Below, piece by piece: positions 54,265 to 64,000 of a DNA stretch of 64,000 bases. The stretch is from NCBI GenBank assembly GCA_039917855.1, contig JBDSIR010000058.1, positions 317 through 64,316 on the forward strand, given 5' to 3'. Origin of the DNA: Gemmatimonadales bacterium (GTDB taxonomy: Bacteria > Gemmatimonadota > Gemmatimonadetes > Gemmatimonadales > GWC2-71-9). The notes beneath the pieces were generated by a model. It had not been told where the DNA came from. It searched no databases and was given only the letters and a program-made list of their open reading frames with translations. The position numbers were made by a program, and so were the translations under genes. How positions within the stretch are numbered: the stretch's first letter is position 1; the number at the start of each line of letters is the position of its first letter.

Positions 54265-54371
54265 CGGAAGTTCCTTACTCGAGTGATTCGAAATCGTGGC
54301 CGGTTCAGACTTCGCCAAACATTTCACCACGGAAACACGAAGGACCCTCCGTGTCTCCGTGGTGCGCAGTG

Positions 54372-56726
<2,355 letters not shown>

Positions 56727-57107
56727 CTATCCCTCCACCACCACGCGTCCGTGGAGCATTCCCATGCCGCAGCTGAACTCATAGGTGCCGGGGGTGACCG
56801 GCGTGAACTCGACCGCCGTCCGCTCGAACGGGGGCAGGAACTTCTTCACCCCGAACGCCGAGATCACGATCTCCTCGGAACAAGGGTTGGTCTCCTGCCG
56901 ATCGAAGAGAAGCCGCACCGGGCGACCGGCGGTCACGACCACCGTCGCCGGGACATAGCCCCCCGAGACCGCGATCAGAATTTCCTGGACCCCGCCCGCA
57001 GCCGTGGCCCGAGTGCCACCGGTCTGCCCGGCCCGGAAGAACCACCAGTAGATCACGCCGATGAGCGCGATGCCACCGACGATCACCGCGAGATCGCCGC
57101 CGTTCAC
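56727..57107 (-). CDS. membrane-anchored cupredoxin-like protein
   Basis: N-terminal TM, then YEFSCGMGMLHG (Cys/Met/His ligand cluster). Sits between copZ and copA. Confidence 0.6.
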   Translation of the reverse strand: MNGGDLAVIVGGIALIGVIYWWFFRAGQTGGTRATAAGGVQEILIAVSGGYVPATVVVTAGRPVRLLFDRQETNPCSEEIVISAFGVKKFLPPFERTAVEFTPVTPGTYEFSCGMGMLHGRVVVEG

Positions 57108-57316
57108 CGCGACACCACGTGGGCCTTATATCCCGCCTTCGTCACGACCTCAGCGATCGCATCGGCATCCTGCGTCGCCGGGTCATATTGGAGCGTGGCC
57201 TGGCCGATCTGCACGCTGGACACCTGCACACCATCCACCGTACCCAGCGCTTTCTGGACTCGGTTCAGGCAATGTCCGCAGGACATGCCATCGATGGTCA
57301 GCTTGAGGGTATTCAT
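57104..57316 (-). CDS. copZ: heavy-metal-associated copper chaperone
   Basis: MNTLKLTIDGMSCGHCLNRV (the MxCxxC motif). Confidence 0.85.
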   Translation of the reverse strand: MNTLKLTIDGMSCGHCLNRVQKALGTVDGVQVSSVQIGQATLQYDPATQDADAIAEVVTKAGYKAHVVSR

Positions 57317-57360
57317 CGATCAACTCCACAGTTGGTGTTCACTGCGATGCTACCACGGGG

Positions 57361-57389
57361 AGAATATATACCCCCTCCCCCTATGTCAA
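57361..57389 (-). promoter_or_regulatory. sigma-70-type promoter candidate of the copZ operon with a G5-A-G5 tract in the spacer
   Basis: Minus strand: TTGACA TAGGGGGAGGGGGTATA TATTCT (17-nt spacer), 44 nt upstream of the copZ ATG. Confidence 0.5.
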
Positions 57390-57635
57390 CAGACAGGTTC
57401 TTCCCCGGCCTCTTCGCTCCATCGGGCGTCGTCCTGAGCAGCAGACTGTGGGATGCCTGTGGTCGCACAGGGAGCTCCGTTCCGTCACCCACAGATCACA
57501 TCAAGTAATGGATCGGAGGTTCTGCCTGGGCGGAGCGTTCGGCGCGTTCGCAGTCTTTTCGCGGTTTCGCGACAGTCAGTTGCGGTGGCGCAGCCGGCCC
57601 CAAGTACGTCAAGCGGCCCCCTGGGCAGTGGGATA

Positions 57636-57663
57636 TTGACACAACAAGAAATGTTGATATATT
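57636..57663 (+). promoter_or_regulatory. sigma-70-type promoter of arsR, predicting a leaderless or near-leaderless mRNA; overlaps an operator-like dyad
   Basis: TTGACA (57636-57641), 16-nt spacer containing CAACA-N5-TGTTG, then TATATT (57658-57663). The ATG at 57670 is only 6 nt after the -10 element. Confidence 0.6.
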
Positions 57664-57669
57664 AACTCC

Positions 57670-57993
57670 ATGGCAACCGCTACCGCCCCTGACCTCCTCC
57701 GCTCGGTCCGGGTGTTCCACGCCCTCTCGGACGAGACCCGCCTCGCGATCGTCGATCGTCTGCGGGGCGGGGAACGGTGCGTCTGCGATCTCCAGGACCT
57801 CCTCGATGCCGCGCAGTCCCGGCTTTCCTTTCACCTCAAGACCCTGAAGGACGCCGGGCTCGTGACCGATCGAAAGCAGGGACGGTGGTCGTACTACACC
57901 CTCATCCCCGGTGCCCTTGAGCAGGCGGTCGGGGCACTGGTGGAGGTCAAGACGAGCGCCGAGCGGAGCTCCGCGGCGGCCTGCTGCAGCTGA
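57670..57993 (+). CDS. arsR: ArsR-family metalloregulator
   Basis: LSDETRLAIVDRLRGGERCVCDLQDLL wHTH with a CVC metal site. Confidence 0.85.
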   Translation: MATATAPDLLRSVRVFHALSDETRLAIVDRLRGGERCVCDLQDLLDAAQSRLSFHLKTLKDAGLVTDRKQGRWSYYTLIPGALEQAVGALVEVKTSAERSSAAACCS

Positions 57994-58012
57994 ACCGGCT
58001 TTCTTTTTGGCT

Positions 58013-58034
58013 CACATATCAACATTTATTGATG
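58013..58034 (+). promoter_or_regulatory. second copy of the ars operator-like motif, upstream of arsM
   Basis: CACATATCAACATTTATTGATG matches the reverse complement of 57642-57663 (AATATATCAACATTTCTTGTTG) at 18 of 22 positions, including the 12-nt identity ATATCAACATTT. Confidence 0.5.
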
Positions 58035-58050
58035 AAGCGAGGGACCACCG

Positions 58051-58926
58051 ATGGACGCGAACGAACTGAAGGCGACGGTGCGCGAGAAGTACGGTGAAGC
58101 AGCGCTCCGCGCCACTGCCGGGGCCAGGAGCTCCTGTTGCGGCGGCAGCGGCTCGTGCGGCAGCGACGATCCGATCACCTCGAACCTTTACGCTGCCGGA
58201 CAGACCGCGCTCCTTCCCGAGGCTGCGGTGCTCGCCTCCCTCGGCTGCGGCAATCCGACCGCCCTGACCGAGCTCAACACCGGCGAGGTGGTCCTCGACC
58301 TCGGCTCCGGCGGCGGCATCGACGTGCTGCTCTCGGCCCACCGTGTCGGGCCGACCGGAAAGGCCTACGGCCTCGACATGACCGACGAGATGCTCACGCT
58401 CGCGCGCGCCAATGCGTCCAAGTCGGGTGCCACCAACGTCGAGTTCCTCAAGGGGGACATCGAGGCGATCCCGCTCCCCAATGCTTCGGTCGACGTGATC
58501 ATCTCCAACTGCGTCATCAACCTCGCCGCCGACAAGTCCAAGGTGCTGGCCGAGGCGTTCCGCGTGCTCAAGCCGGGTGGACGCTTCGCGGTGAGCGATG
58601 TCGTGATCCGTGGCGACGTCCCCGCCGAGGTGCGTCAGAGTCTCGAGCTCTGGGTCGGCTGCGTGGCGGGCGCGCTCACCGAGGACGAATTCCTGGCCAA
58701 GCTTCGTGCGGTCGGATTCCTGGATCCCTCGATCGAACCGACCCGTATCTATGAATTCGAGGATGCCAAGACCTTCCTCGGCGATGCTGGGCTCGATGCC
58801 GAGGTGCTGGCGCGCGAGGTGGGGGGACGAGTGATGGGCGCATTCGTTCGCGCGACCAAACCGGCGGCGCTGCCGACGGGACTGCCGGTGGCGAAGAGCT
58901 GCTGCGGTCCGGAGTGCTGCCATTGA
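58051..58926 (+). CDS. arsM: arsenite S-adenosylmethionine methyltransferase
   Basis: VREKYGEAA.., Cys pairs ([16 protein letters not shown]), motif [13 protein letters not shown]-terminal CC-rich tail. Confidence 0.85.
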   Translation: MDANELKATVREKYGEAALRATAGARSSCCGGSGSCGSDDPITSNLYAAGQTALLPEAAVLASLGCGNPTALTELNTGEVVLDLGSGGGIDVLLSAHRVGPTGKAYGLDMTDEMLTLARANASKSGATNVEFLKGDIEAIPLPNASVDVIISNCVINLAADKSKVLAEAFRVLKPGGRFAVSDVVIRGDVPAEVRQSLELWVGCVAGALTEDEFLAKLRAVGFLDPSIEPTRIYEFEDAKTFLGDAGLDAEVLAREVGGRVMGAFVRATKPAALPTGLPVAKSCCGPECCH

Positions 58927-59983
58927 TGGTCGCGCCGGATGCGGCACCGGTCGCGCGGCGACTCTCGGCGCTCGACCGGTGGCTGCCGCTCTGGATCCTG
59001 GTCGCGATGGGGCTCGGGCTCGCCCTCGGGCGGGCCTGGCCGGGCCTCGGCGCCGTGCTCGACCGCTTTACGGTGGCGGGCGTCTCTGTTCCCATCGGCC
59101 TTGGGCTCCTGTGGATGATGTACCCGGTGCTGGCCAAGGTGCGCTACGAGAGCATCGGCCGGCACCTGGGTGACACCAGGTTGCTCGGCACATCGCTGGC
59201 GCTCAACTGGATCGTGGGTCCGCTCCTGATGTTCGGGCTTGCGTGGCTCTTCCTCCCCGACCTGCCGGAGTATCGCAACGGCCTCATTCTCGTTGGCCTG
59301 GCGCGTTGCATCGCGATGGTGCTCATCTGGAATTCGCTCGCGGGAGGGTCGAATGAATTGGCGGCGGTGCTGGTGGCACTCAACTCCCTCTTCCAGATCT
59401 TCACCTACTCCGTGCTCGGGTGGCTCCTGCTCACGGTGGTCCCTGGCTGGTTCGGGGCAGGGGGTGCCACCCTCGACATCTCGATGGGTCAGATCGCCCG
59501 GAGCGTCCTGATCTTCCTCGGCGTACCGCTCTTCGCCGGATGGCTCACTCGGCGCACGCTCGTGCGTCAGCGGGGAGAAGCGTGGTACGAGGGATCTTCC
59601 TGCGCCGGATCGGGCCCACCGCGCTGGTCGGACTGCTCTACACCATCGTGCTGATGTTCGCGATGCAGGGGGACCGGATCCTTGATCGCCCGTTCGACGT
59701 CCTGCGTATCGCGCTGCCGACGATCGTGTACTTCGTCCTGATGTTCGGGACCGGATTCCTCCTGGCGCGACGCCTGGGATTCGGCTACCCCGAGACCGCC
59801 TCGCTGGCTTTCACGGCAGCGGGGAACAACTTCGAGCTCGCGATCGCTGTCGCGGTGGCGACGTTCGGGATCACCTCGGGGGAGGCCCTGGCGGCGGTGG
59901 TCGGGCCGCTGATCGAGGTGCCCGTGCTGGTGCTGCTGGTGTACGTCGCGCTCTGGGCGCGGCGGTTCTTTCCGGTGACCTGA
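58926..59983 (+). pseudogene. acr3: ACR3-family arsenite efflux transporter, interrupted by an apparent -1 nt frameshift near 59589-59594
   Basis: Track ORFs 58914..59654 and 59420..59983 together give a full ACR3. The N-part ends ..RGEAWYE, and the C-part resumes GIFLRRIGPTALVGLLYTIVLMF in another frame. The total span of 1058 nt is one short of a multiple of 3, and a GGG run lies at the junction. Confidence 0.8.
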
Positions 59984-59995
59984 GGAGGCGTGTCG

Positions 59996-60454
59996 ATGAG
60001 GCAGGAAATTGGGAACAAGCTTGTCCTCCGATCCGCGGTGCAGGCCGACCTCCCGGCGATCGAACGGCTGTTGACCGCCAACGACCTTATCCTCGAAGGT
60101 GTGCGCGAGGCGGTCGGAGATTTCGTTGTGGCCGAGGAGGGCGGGGCAATAGTCGGAACGATCGGACTGGAGGTACGCGGAGCGTTCGCCCTGCTTCGAT
60201 CGGCAGCGGTGGATCCGGCGCGACATCGAGGTGGGATCGGGGCGCAGCTCGTGGAGCGAGTGGTGGAGCGGGCACTCGATCACCAGCTCCGCGCGCTCTA
60301 CCTGTTCACGCCCACCGCGGCGCCATTCTTCGAGCGGCACGGCTTCACCGGCACCACGCGCGAGGCGATCCCGGCGGAATTGCGGGAGACGGGACAGTTC
60401 TCCCACGCCTGCGGCGCCACGGCAGTGACGATGGTGAGGATGCTCGAGCAATGA
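59996..60454 (+). CDS. GNAT N-acetyltransferase (ArsN2-like)
   Basis: ATG lies 8 nt after GGAGG (the track starts at GTG 59990). GNAT core LLRSAAVDPARHRGGIGAQLVERV. Located inside the ars operon. Confidence 0.65.
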   Translation: MRQEIGNKLVLRSAVQADLPAIERLLTANDLILEGVREAVGDFVVAEEGGAIVGTIGLEVRGAFALLRSAAVDPARHRGGIGAQLVERVVERALDHQLRALYLFTPTAAPFFERHGFTGTTREAIPAELRETGQFSHACGATAVTMVRMLEQ

Positions 60455-60942
60455 GCGCTCCATTCCGCATTCTGGTGCTCTGCACCGGCAACTCGGCGCG
60501 GAGCCAGATCGCCGAGGCGTTGCTGGCGACCCGTGGGGCGCGCCGGATCGAGGCGGGAAGCGCCGGCTCGCACCCCGCGACGGGGGTCAATGCACGGGCG
60601 GTGGCGGCGTTGGCCCGTCACGGCATCCAGTGGGAAGGACGGGTCCCCAAGTCGATCGACGAGGTATCGGGTCGGCCATGGGATCTCCTCATCACCGTGT
60701 GTGATCACGCCAACGAGTCGTGCCCGTTCTTTCCCGGCACCCCGCCGCGGGTCCACTGGGGGCTCCCCGATCCCGCCGCGGTCGCCGGAACCGACGCAAT
60801 GATCGACGCTGCGTTCGAGTCGACCTGGAGCGAGCTCGACCGCCGAGTGGAGGTGCTGCTCACTCTGCCGTTGGAGCGGATGGGCCGGGAGGAGCTGGAA
60901 AAGGCCGCGCAGGGGATCCACATCGCCCGCACCCGGACTTGA
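60451..60942 (+). CDS. arsC: arsenate reductase, LMW-PTPase (thioredoxin-coupled) type
   Basis: FRILVLCTGNSARSQIAEAL P-loop CX5R, with downstream Cys in VCDHANESCPFFPG. Confidence 0.85.
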   Translation: MSAPFRILVLCTGNSARSQIAEALLATRGARRIEAGSAGSHPATGVNARAVAALARHGIQWEGRVPKSIDEVSGRPWDLLITVCDHANESCPFFPGTPPRVHWGLPDPAAVAGTDAMIDAAFESTWSELDRRVEVLLTLPLERMGREELEKAAQGIHIARTRT

Positions 60943-60973
60943 CGCCGATCCCGCTGGCCTGCATATCCCTTCG

Positions 60974-61645
60974 ATGCGCCTCCGACTCCTGATCCTGCTC
61001 TCGCTCCTCCCCGCCCCTCTGCTCGCGCAGGGGTTCTGTTCGGACCTCTCCGGCCCTGATCTCGACGGCTGCCGGATGGACTACTACCAGAACGTGGATG
61101 CGGTGCTCTCGATCGTCTATCGTCGGGCGCTCGAAGGGGCGACGCCCGCCGTCCAGACGCGGCTCCGTCAGGAGCAGGGGGCGTGGGCGGCGAGACGGAC
61201 GCGGCTGTCGGGGGTCACGCGGCAACGCCCTCGGCCGGCAGCCGCCAAGTTCGACACGCTCATCGCGGTCACCGAGTCGCGGATCAATGAGCTGGGACAA
61301 GCCGCGATGGCCAAGGCGCCCTGGCTGGTCGGGATCCTCCCCGGGGGGACCGCGGGCGGCGACTCGCTGGCCGAAGTGATCTCGATGCGGAATGACGTGT
61401 GGCGGTTCGCGAGCTGGCAGGAGGGGTGGATGCAGAACGAGCACACTGCCTACGCTGGGCAGGACGAGATCACTGAGTTCCGTCCCACGGCGGGGCACGC
61501 CATCACGGTGCTGTTCGCCGGCGAGGAGGGTTGGAGCGCGATCGTCACCAGCGATGGCAGCGGGATCCTTTGCGGGATGTTCCGGGGAGATATCGATCCG
61601 CAGGATCCGAATCTGCTGGAGGAGGGGAAGGTCACCTGCTGGTAG
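60974..61645 (+). CDS. secreted protein with DUF1311/LprI-like N-terminal domain
   Basis: Signal peptide MRLRLLILLSLLPAPLLAQG, then C..C..DYYQNVDAVLSIVYRRAL..QEQGAWAARR, as in lysozyme-inhibitor LprI-like domains. Confidence 0.45.
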   Translation: MRLRLLILLSLLPAPLLAQGFCSDLSGPDLDGCRMDYYQNVDAVLSIVYRRALEGATPAVQTRLRQEQGAWAARRTRLSGVTRQRPRPAAAKFDTLIAVTESRINELGQAAMAKAPWLVGILPGGTAGGDSLAEVISMRNDVWRFASWQEGWMQNEHTAYAGQDEITEFRPTAGHAITVLFAGEEGWSAIVTSDGSGILCGMFRGDIDPQDPNLLEEGKVTCW

Positions 61646-61647
61646 GG

Positions 61648-61754
61648 AGTGCCTAGTGCCTAGTGCCTGGTGCCCAGACCGTGACGGCTGAGTGCCAGTC
61701 GGTCGGAGCACGACCACCGGATACTAGACACGAGACGCTAGTCACTAGGCACTA
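61648..61754. repeat. Oligomer-arm hairpin (GTGCCTA heptamers)
   Basis: Left arm AGTGCCTAGTGCCTAGTGCCTGGTGCCCA at 61648-61676. Right arm CTAGTCACTAGGCACTA at 61738-61754. Confidence 0.7.
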
Positions 61755-61791
61755 AAACAGCGAGCCCCGCCTCCCAATTGGGAAGCGGGGC
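61754..61791 (-). terminator. intrinsic terminator downstream of the tRNA cluster
   Basis: Minus strand: GCCCCGCTTCCC AATT GGGAGGCGGGGC (12-bp stem), then TCGCTGTTTTAG. Confidence 0.65.
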
Positions 61792-61795
61792 TTCA

Positions 61796-61869
<74 letters not shown>

Positions 61870-61876
61870 GGGACAC

Positions 61877-61955
61877 GGTGCTGCGTGGCGGGTGCTGCGT
61901 GCTGCGTGGGTCTTGTTCGAAGCCGACGCAGTCTGCGTCACGCAGTCCGCGTCAC
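61877..61955. repeat. Low-complexity inverted repeat (TGCTGCG vs ACGCAGT) between tRNA-Arg(CCG) and tRNA-Pro
   Basis: Left 61877-61910 (GGTGCTGCGTGGCGGGTGCTGCGTGCTGCGTGGG), right 61923-61955. Complementarity is imperfect, and the right arm also self-pairs (GACGCAG T CTGCGTC). Confidence 0.55.
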
Positions 61956-61964
61956 ATCGTTAAA

Positions 61965-62039
61965 TCGGGGCGCCGGGATTTGAACCCGGGACCTCCTGCT
62001 CCCGAAGCAGGCGCGCTAACCGGGCTGCGCTACGCCCCG
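61965..62039 (-). tRNA. tRNA-Pro (anticodon CGG)
   Basis: Hand-folded cloverleaf: CGGGGCG TA GCGC AGCCCGGTTA GCGC G CCTGC TTCGGGA GCAGG AGGTC CCGGG TTCAAAT CCCGG CGCCCCG A. Confidence 0.93.
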
Positions 62040-62070
62040 TGTACGCCCGCCATTTGATGGCGGGCAACCA

Positions 62071-62144
62071 TGCGCCCATGAGGACTCGAACCTCAAACCT
62101 TCTGATCCGTAGTCAGATGCTCTATCCAATTGAGCTATGGGCGC
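62071..62144 (-). tRNA. tRNA-Arg (anticodon ACG)
   Basis: Hand-folded cloverleaf: GCGCCCA TA GCTC AATTGGATA GAGC A TCTGA CTACGGA TCAGA AGGTT TGAGG TTCGAGT CCTCA TGGGCGC A. Confidence 0.93.
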
Positions 62145-62334
62145 TCGTTCCCTCGGGCCGGCGAGCCGGTCCGGAGGGAGCGGTAATATAAGAGAAAGGC
62201 ACTCGGATGGTACCCCGCAGGCTCACGCCAAGGGGGCCTGGCGCCTCCCACCGCCCTGAGCCGCGAGGCACGACCCCCGACCAGGAGGGGTGGGTGGAAG
62301 GAAGACGGCCGCCGGGGTCGCCGGCGGCCGTCGA

Positions 62335-62408
62335 TGGGCCGTACAAGACTCGAACTTGTGACCTCCACGATGTCAACGTGGCGCTCTAACCAACTGAGCT
62401 AACGGCCC
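62335..62408 (-). tRNA. tRNA-Val (anticodon GAC)
   Basis: Hand-folded cloverleaf: GGGCCGT TA GCTC AGTTGGTTA GAGC G CCACG TTGACAT CGTGG AGGTC ACAAG TTCGAGT CTTGT ACGGCCC A. Confidence 0.93.
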
Positions 62409-62420
62409 TGTTGTGCCTGA

Positions 62421-62501
62421 GCGGTCAGTCGGCCGGTGGCTCAGGGGGCGTGCACCCATTCGGTGCTGCCGACCGCCTGACCGCCTTACCGCCTGACCGC
62501 C
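62421..62501. repeat. Oligomer-arm hairpin (GCGGTCAG vs CGCCTGAC/CGCCTTAC octamers) between tRNA-Val and tRNA-fMet
   Basis: Left 62421-62439, right 62469-62501. The right arm resembles the right arm of 17811-17906. Confidence 0.65.
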
Positions 62502-62505
62502 CGAA

Positions 62506-62579
62506 TAGCGGGGGTGGGATTTGAACCCACGACCTCCGGGTTATGAGCCCGGCGAGCTACCAGACTGCTCCACCCCGCG
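62506..62579 (-). tRNA. tRNA-Met (anticodon CAT), initiator type
   Basis: CGCGGGG TG GAGC AGTCTGGTA GCTC G CCGGG CTCATAA CCCGG AGGTC GTGGG TTCAAAT CCCAC CCCCGCT A. Unpaired 1:72 (C/U) and three G-C pairs closing the anticodon stem, nearly identical to the E. coli tRNA-fMet body. Confidence 0.9.
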
Positions 62580-62627
62580 ACGATTTCGATTGCCCGCGAT
62601 GGATCGCGGGCCTACTATGCTCCGGAG

Positions 62628-62700
62628 AGCGGGAAACGGGACTCGAACCCGCGACCCCAACCTTGGCAAGGTTGTGCTCTACCAACTGAGCTATTCCCGC
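62628..62700 (-). tRNA. tRNA-Gly (anticodon GCC)
   Basis: Hand-folded cloverleaf: GCGGGAA TA GCTC AGTTGGTA GAGC A CAACC TTGCCAA GGTTG GGGTC GCGGG TTCGAGT CCCGT TTCCCGC T. Confidence 0.92.
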
Positions 62701-62753
62701 AACACCGGTGGCAAACCTACCGGGCCCTGCCACACGGCGCAACCTTCAGCGAG

Positions 62754-62826
62754 TGGAGGCGAGGGGGATCGAACCCCTGACCTCGTGAATGCCATTCACG
62801 CGCTCTCCCAACTGAGCTACGCCCCC
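62754..62826 (-). tRNA. tRNA-Ala (anticodon GGC)
   Basis: GGGGGCG TA GCTC AGTTGGGA GAGC G CGTGA ATGGCAT TCACG AGGTC AGGGG TTCGATC CCCCT CGCCTCC A. The G3:U70 identity pair is present. Confidence 0.93.
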
Positions 62827-62933
62827 GCTATAATACGCCCCCAAGGACTTCCCAAGGGAGTCCGAAATTCTAGCCCGCTGAAGGGCTCAGGTCAAGCTGC
62901 AACACGCCGTCGTTCCGGCCTTCCAGGCACTGA

Positions 62934-63983
62934 ATGCCCGTTAAGAAGCAGAAGCCCGCCGCCAAGGCGGGCGCCAAGAGATCACCTGCCAAGCGCCCTG
63001 CGGTGGCGTCGCCCAAGCCGGTCGTCAAGGCCAAAGCGAAGCCGAAGGCCCGGGGGCCGCTCACTGCCGCCGACATCGTGAGCGAGTCGGACGCGGTCGC
63101 CAAGAAGGCGCGGAAGCCCAAGAAGGTCACCGCCAAGACCCTTGGCGTCTACGACTCCGACCGCGATATCCTCGATCAATATCTCCAGGAGGTCAGCAAG
63201 ACCCCCCTGCTTACGCAGCCGCAGGAGATCGCGATCGCGAAGCTCGTCCGCGCCGGCGACCACGAGGCGATGCAGGAACTGGTCAAGCGGAACCTCCGAT
63301 TCGTCATCTCGGTGGCGAAGAAGTACCAGAACCGAGGGATGCCGCTGACCGATCTCATCGGCGAGGGGAACGTCGGCCTGCTCACGGCCGCGCGGAAGTT
63401 CGACCCCGACCAGGGGGTCAAGTTCATCTCCTACGCCGTGTGGTGGATCCGTCAGGCGATCCTCGCGGCGCTGGCGCGCCACGGCCGCACGGTGCGGGTG
63501 CCGCTCAACCGCACCGCCGACCTCTCCAAGATCGTCCGCACCGCCGAGGCGCTCCGTCAGGAGCTCCGCCGGGAGCCCACTCCGGAAGAGATCTCCCACG
63601 CCGTCGGGCTCACTCTCGAAGTCGTGCAGTCGCTCGCCGCGCTCAACGCGAGCGAAGTGCGCCTCGACGCCCCGCTCGATCCCGACGGCGATCGCTCGCT
63701 GATCGAGCGCTTCGTCTCCGAGGACATGCCGGGCGTCGAAAGCGCGGCGATGGACCGCTTCCTGACCGAAGAGGTCGCCCAGGCGCTCCGCACCCTGCAG
63801 CCGCGCGATGCCAAGGTCCTCCGACTCTACTTCGGGCTCGACGAGGGGCGGGAGCATACCCTGGAGGAGATCGGCGGGATGCTCGGCGTCACCCGTGAGC
63901 GGGTGCGTCAGCTCCGCGACCGGGCGCTCAAGCGCCTGCGCGAGGGCGACGTGGGGCGGGCGCTGGGAAGCTTCGCGGCGTAG
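62934..63983 (+). CDS. rpoD: primary-like sigma-70 factor (RpoD/SigA group) with basic Lys/Ala/Pro-rich N-terminus
   Basis: Region 2 DLIGEGNVGLLTAARKFDPDQGVKFISYAVWWIRQAI. Region 4 TLEEIGGMLGVTRERVRQLRDRALKRLR. Confidence 0.9.
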   Translation: MPVKKQKPAAKAGAKRSPAKRPAVASPKPVVKAKAKPKARGPLTAADIVSESDAVAKKARKPKKVTAKTLGVYDSDRDILDQYLQEVSKTPLLTQPQEIAIAKLVRAGDHEAMQELVKRNLRFVISVAKKYQNRGMPLTDLIGEGNVGLLTAARKFDPDQGVKFISYAVWWIRQAILAALARHGRTVRVPLNRTADLSKIVRTAEALRQELRREPTPEEISHAVGLTLEVVQSLAALNASEVRLDAPLDPDGDRSLIERFVSEDMPGVESAAMDRFLTEEVAQALRTLQPRDAKVLRLYFGLDEGREHTLEEIGGMLGVTRERVRQLRDRALKRLREGDVGRALGSFAA

Positions 63984-64000
63984 ACCCCCACCCCCTGCCC

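Noticed and set aside
62145-62334. SRP (4.5S) RNA or another ncRNA in the 190-bp gap between tRNA-Val and tRNA-Arg, suggested by ACCAGG...GGAAGGAAG
   Set aside because: The sequence flanking the GGAA cannot form the conserved domain IV helix (GGT/GGA do not pair as UCC/GGA do in 4.5S RNA), and no closing 5'/3' helix is evident. A TATATT box on the minus strand (62185-62190) might be an internal promoter, but I found no convincing -35. This is left as unexplained spacer.
62829-62834. Perfect TATAAT immediately next to tRNA-Ala, as a promoter for rpoD (+) or, read as TATTAT, for the tRNA cluster (-)
   Set aside because: No acceptable -35 lies at 16-18 nt on either strand. On the minus strand the box is only 2 nt from the mature tRNA 5' end, so a transcript would start inside the tRNA. 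Kept only as a weak rpoD -10 candidate.

Overview
GC-rich (roughly two-thirds G+C by eye) bacterial chromosomal segment, densely coding on both strands. All product calls come from motif recognition in the supplied translations; no searches were run. The gene content and repeat style suggest a Gemmatimonadota- or Acidobacteria-like soil bacterium, but this is inference only. I call about 61 protein genes. From left to right: an LPS/EPS glycosylation cluster (GT9, PorX-like response regulator, MsbA-like ABC exporter, GT2/GT4/CgeB-like enzymes, methyltransferase); a patatin-ferredoxin fusion; an orphan DppC-type permease; tyrS; PBP1A; an amidohydrolase; argR; an HNH protein; a sigma-54 two-component operon with an Omp85-like OMP and DUF4390; an acyl-CoA synthetase; a NYN-LOTUS protein; mpg; kbl-tdh; an SDR; Cys-type formate dehydrogenase alpha; a CDF transporter; rlmI-like; thiE; mltG-ruvX-rho; an RDD/SpoIIM + DUF4129 + DUF4350 + MoxR + DUF58 cluster; a copZ-cupredoxin-copA-csoR operon; an arsR-arsM-acr3(frameshifted)-arsN-arsC operon; a 7-tRNA cluster; and rpoD. 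I saw no rRNA, transposase, integrase or CRISPR. The most unusual material is non-coding. (1) Two head-to-head tandem arrays of a 22-nt hairpin module lie downstream of the NYN-LOTUS gene. (2) At least ten long intergenic hairpins have arms made of tandem 6-8-mers (STRR-like); one encloses a four-helix-bundle (23S IVS/Avd-like) gene, several fill divergent promoter regions, and several sit between tRNAs. (3) Two further palindromic repeat families are present. (4) A good sigma-54 promoter match sits in a local low-GC patch upstream of a small acidic His/Trp-rich ORF and fdhA. I cannot show that any of these is a new system; each needs the checks listed.
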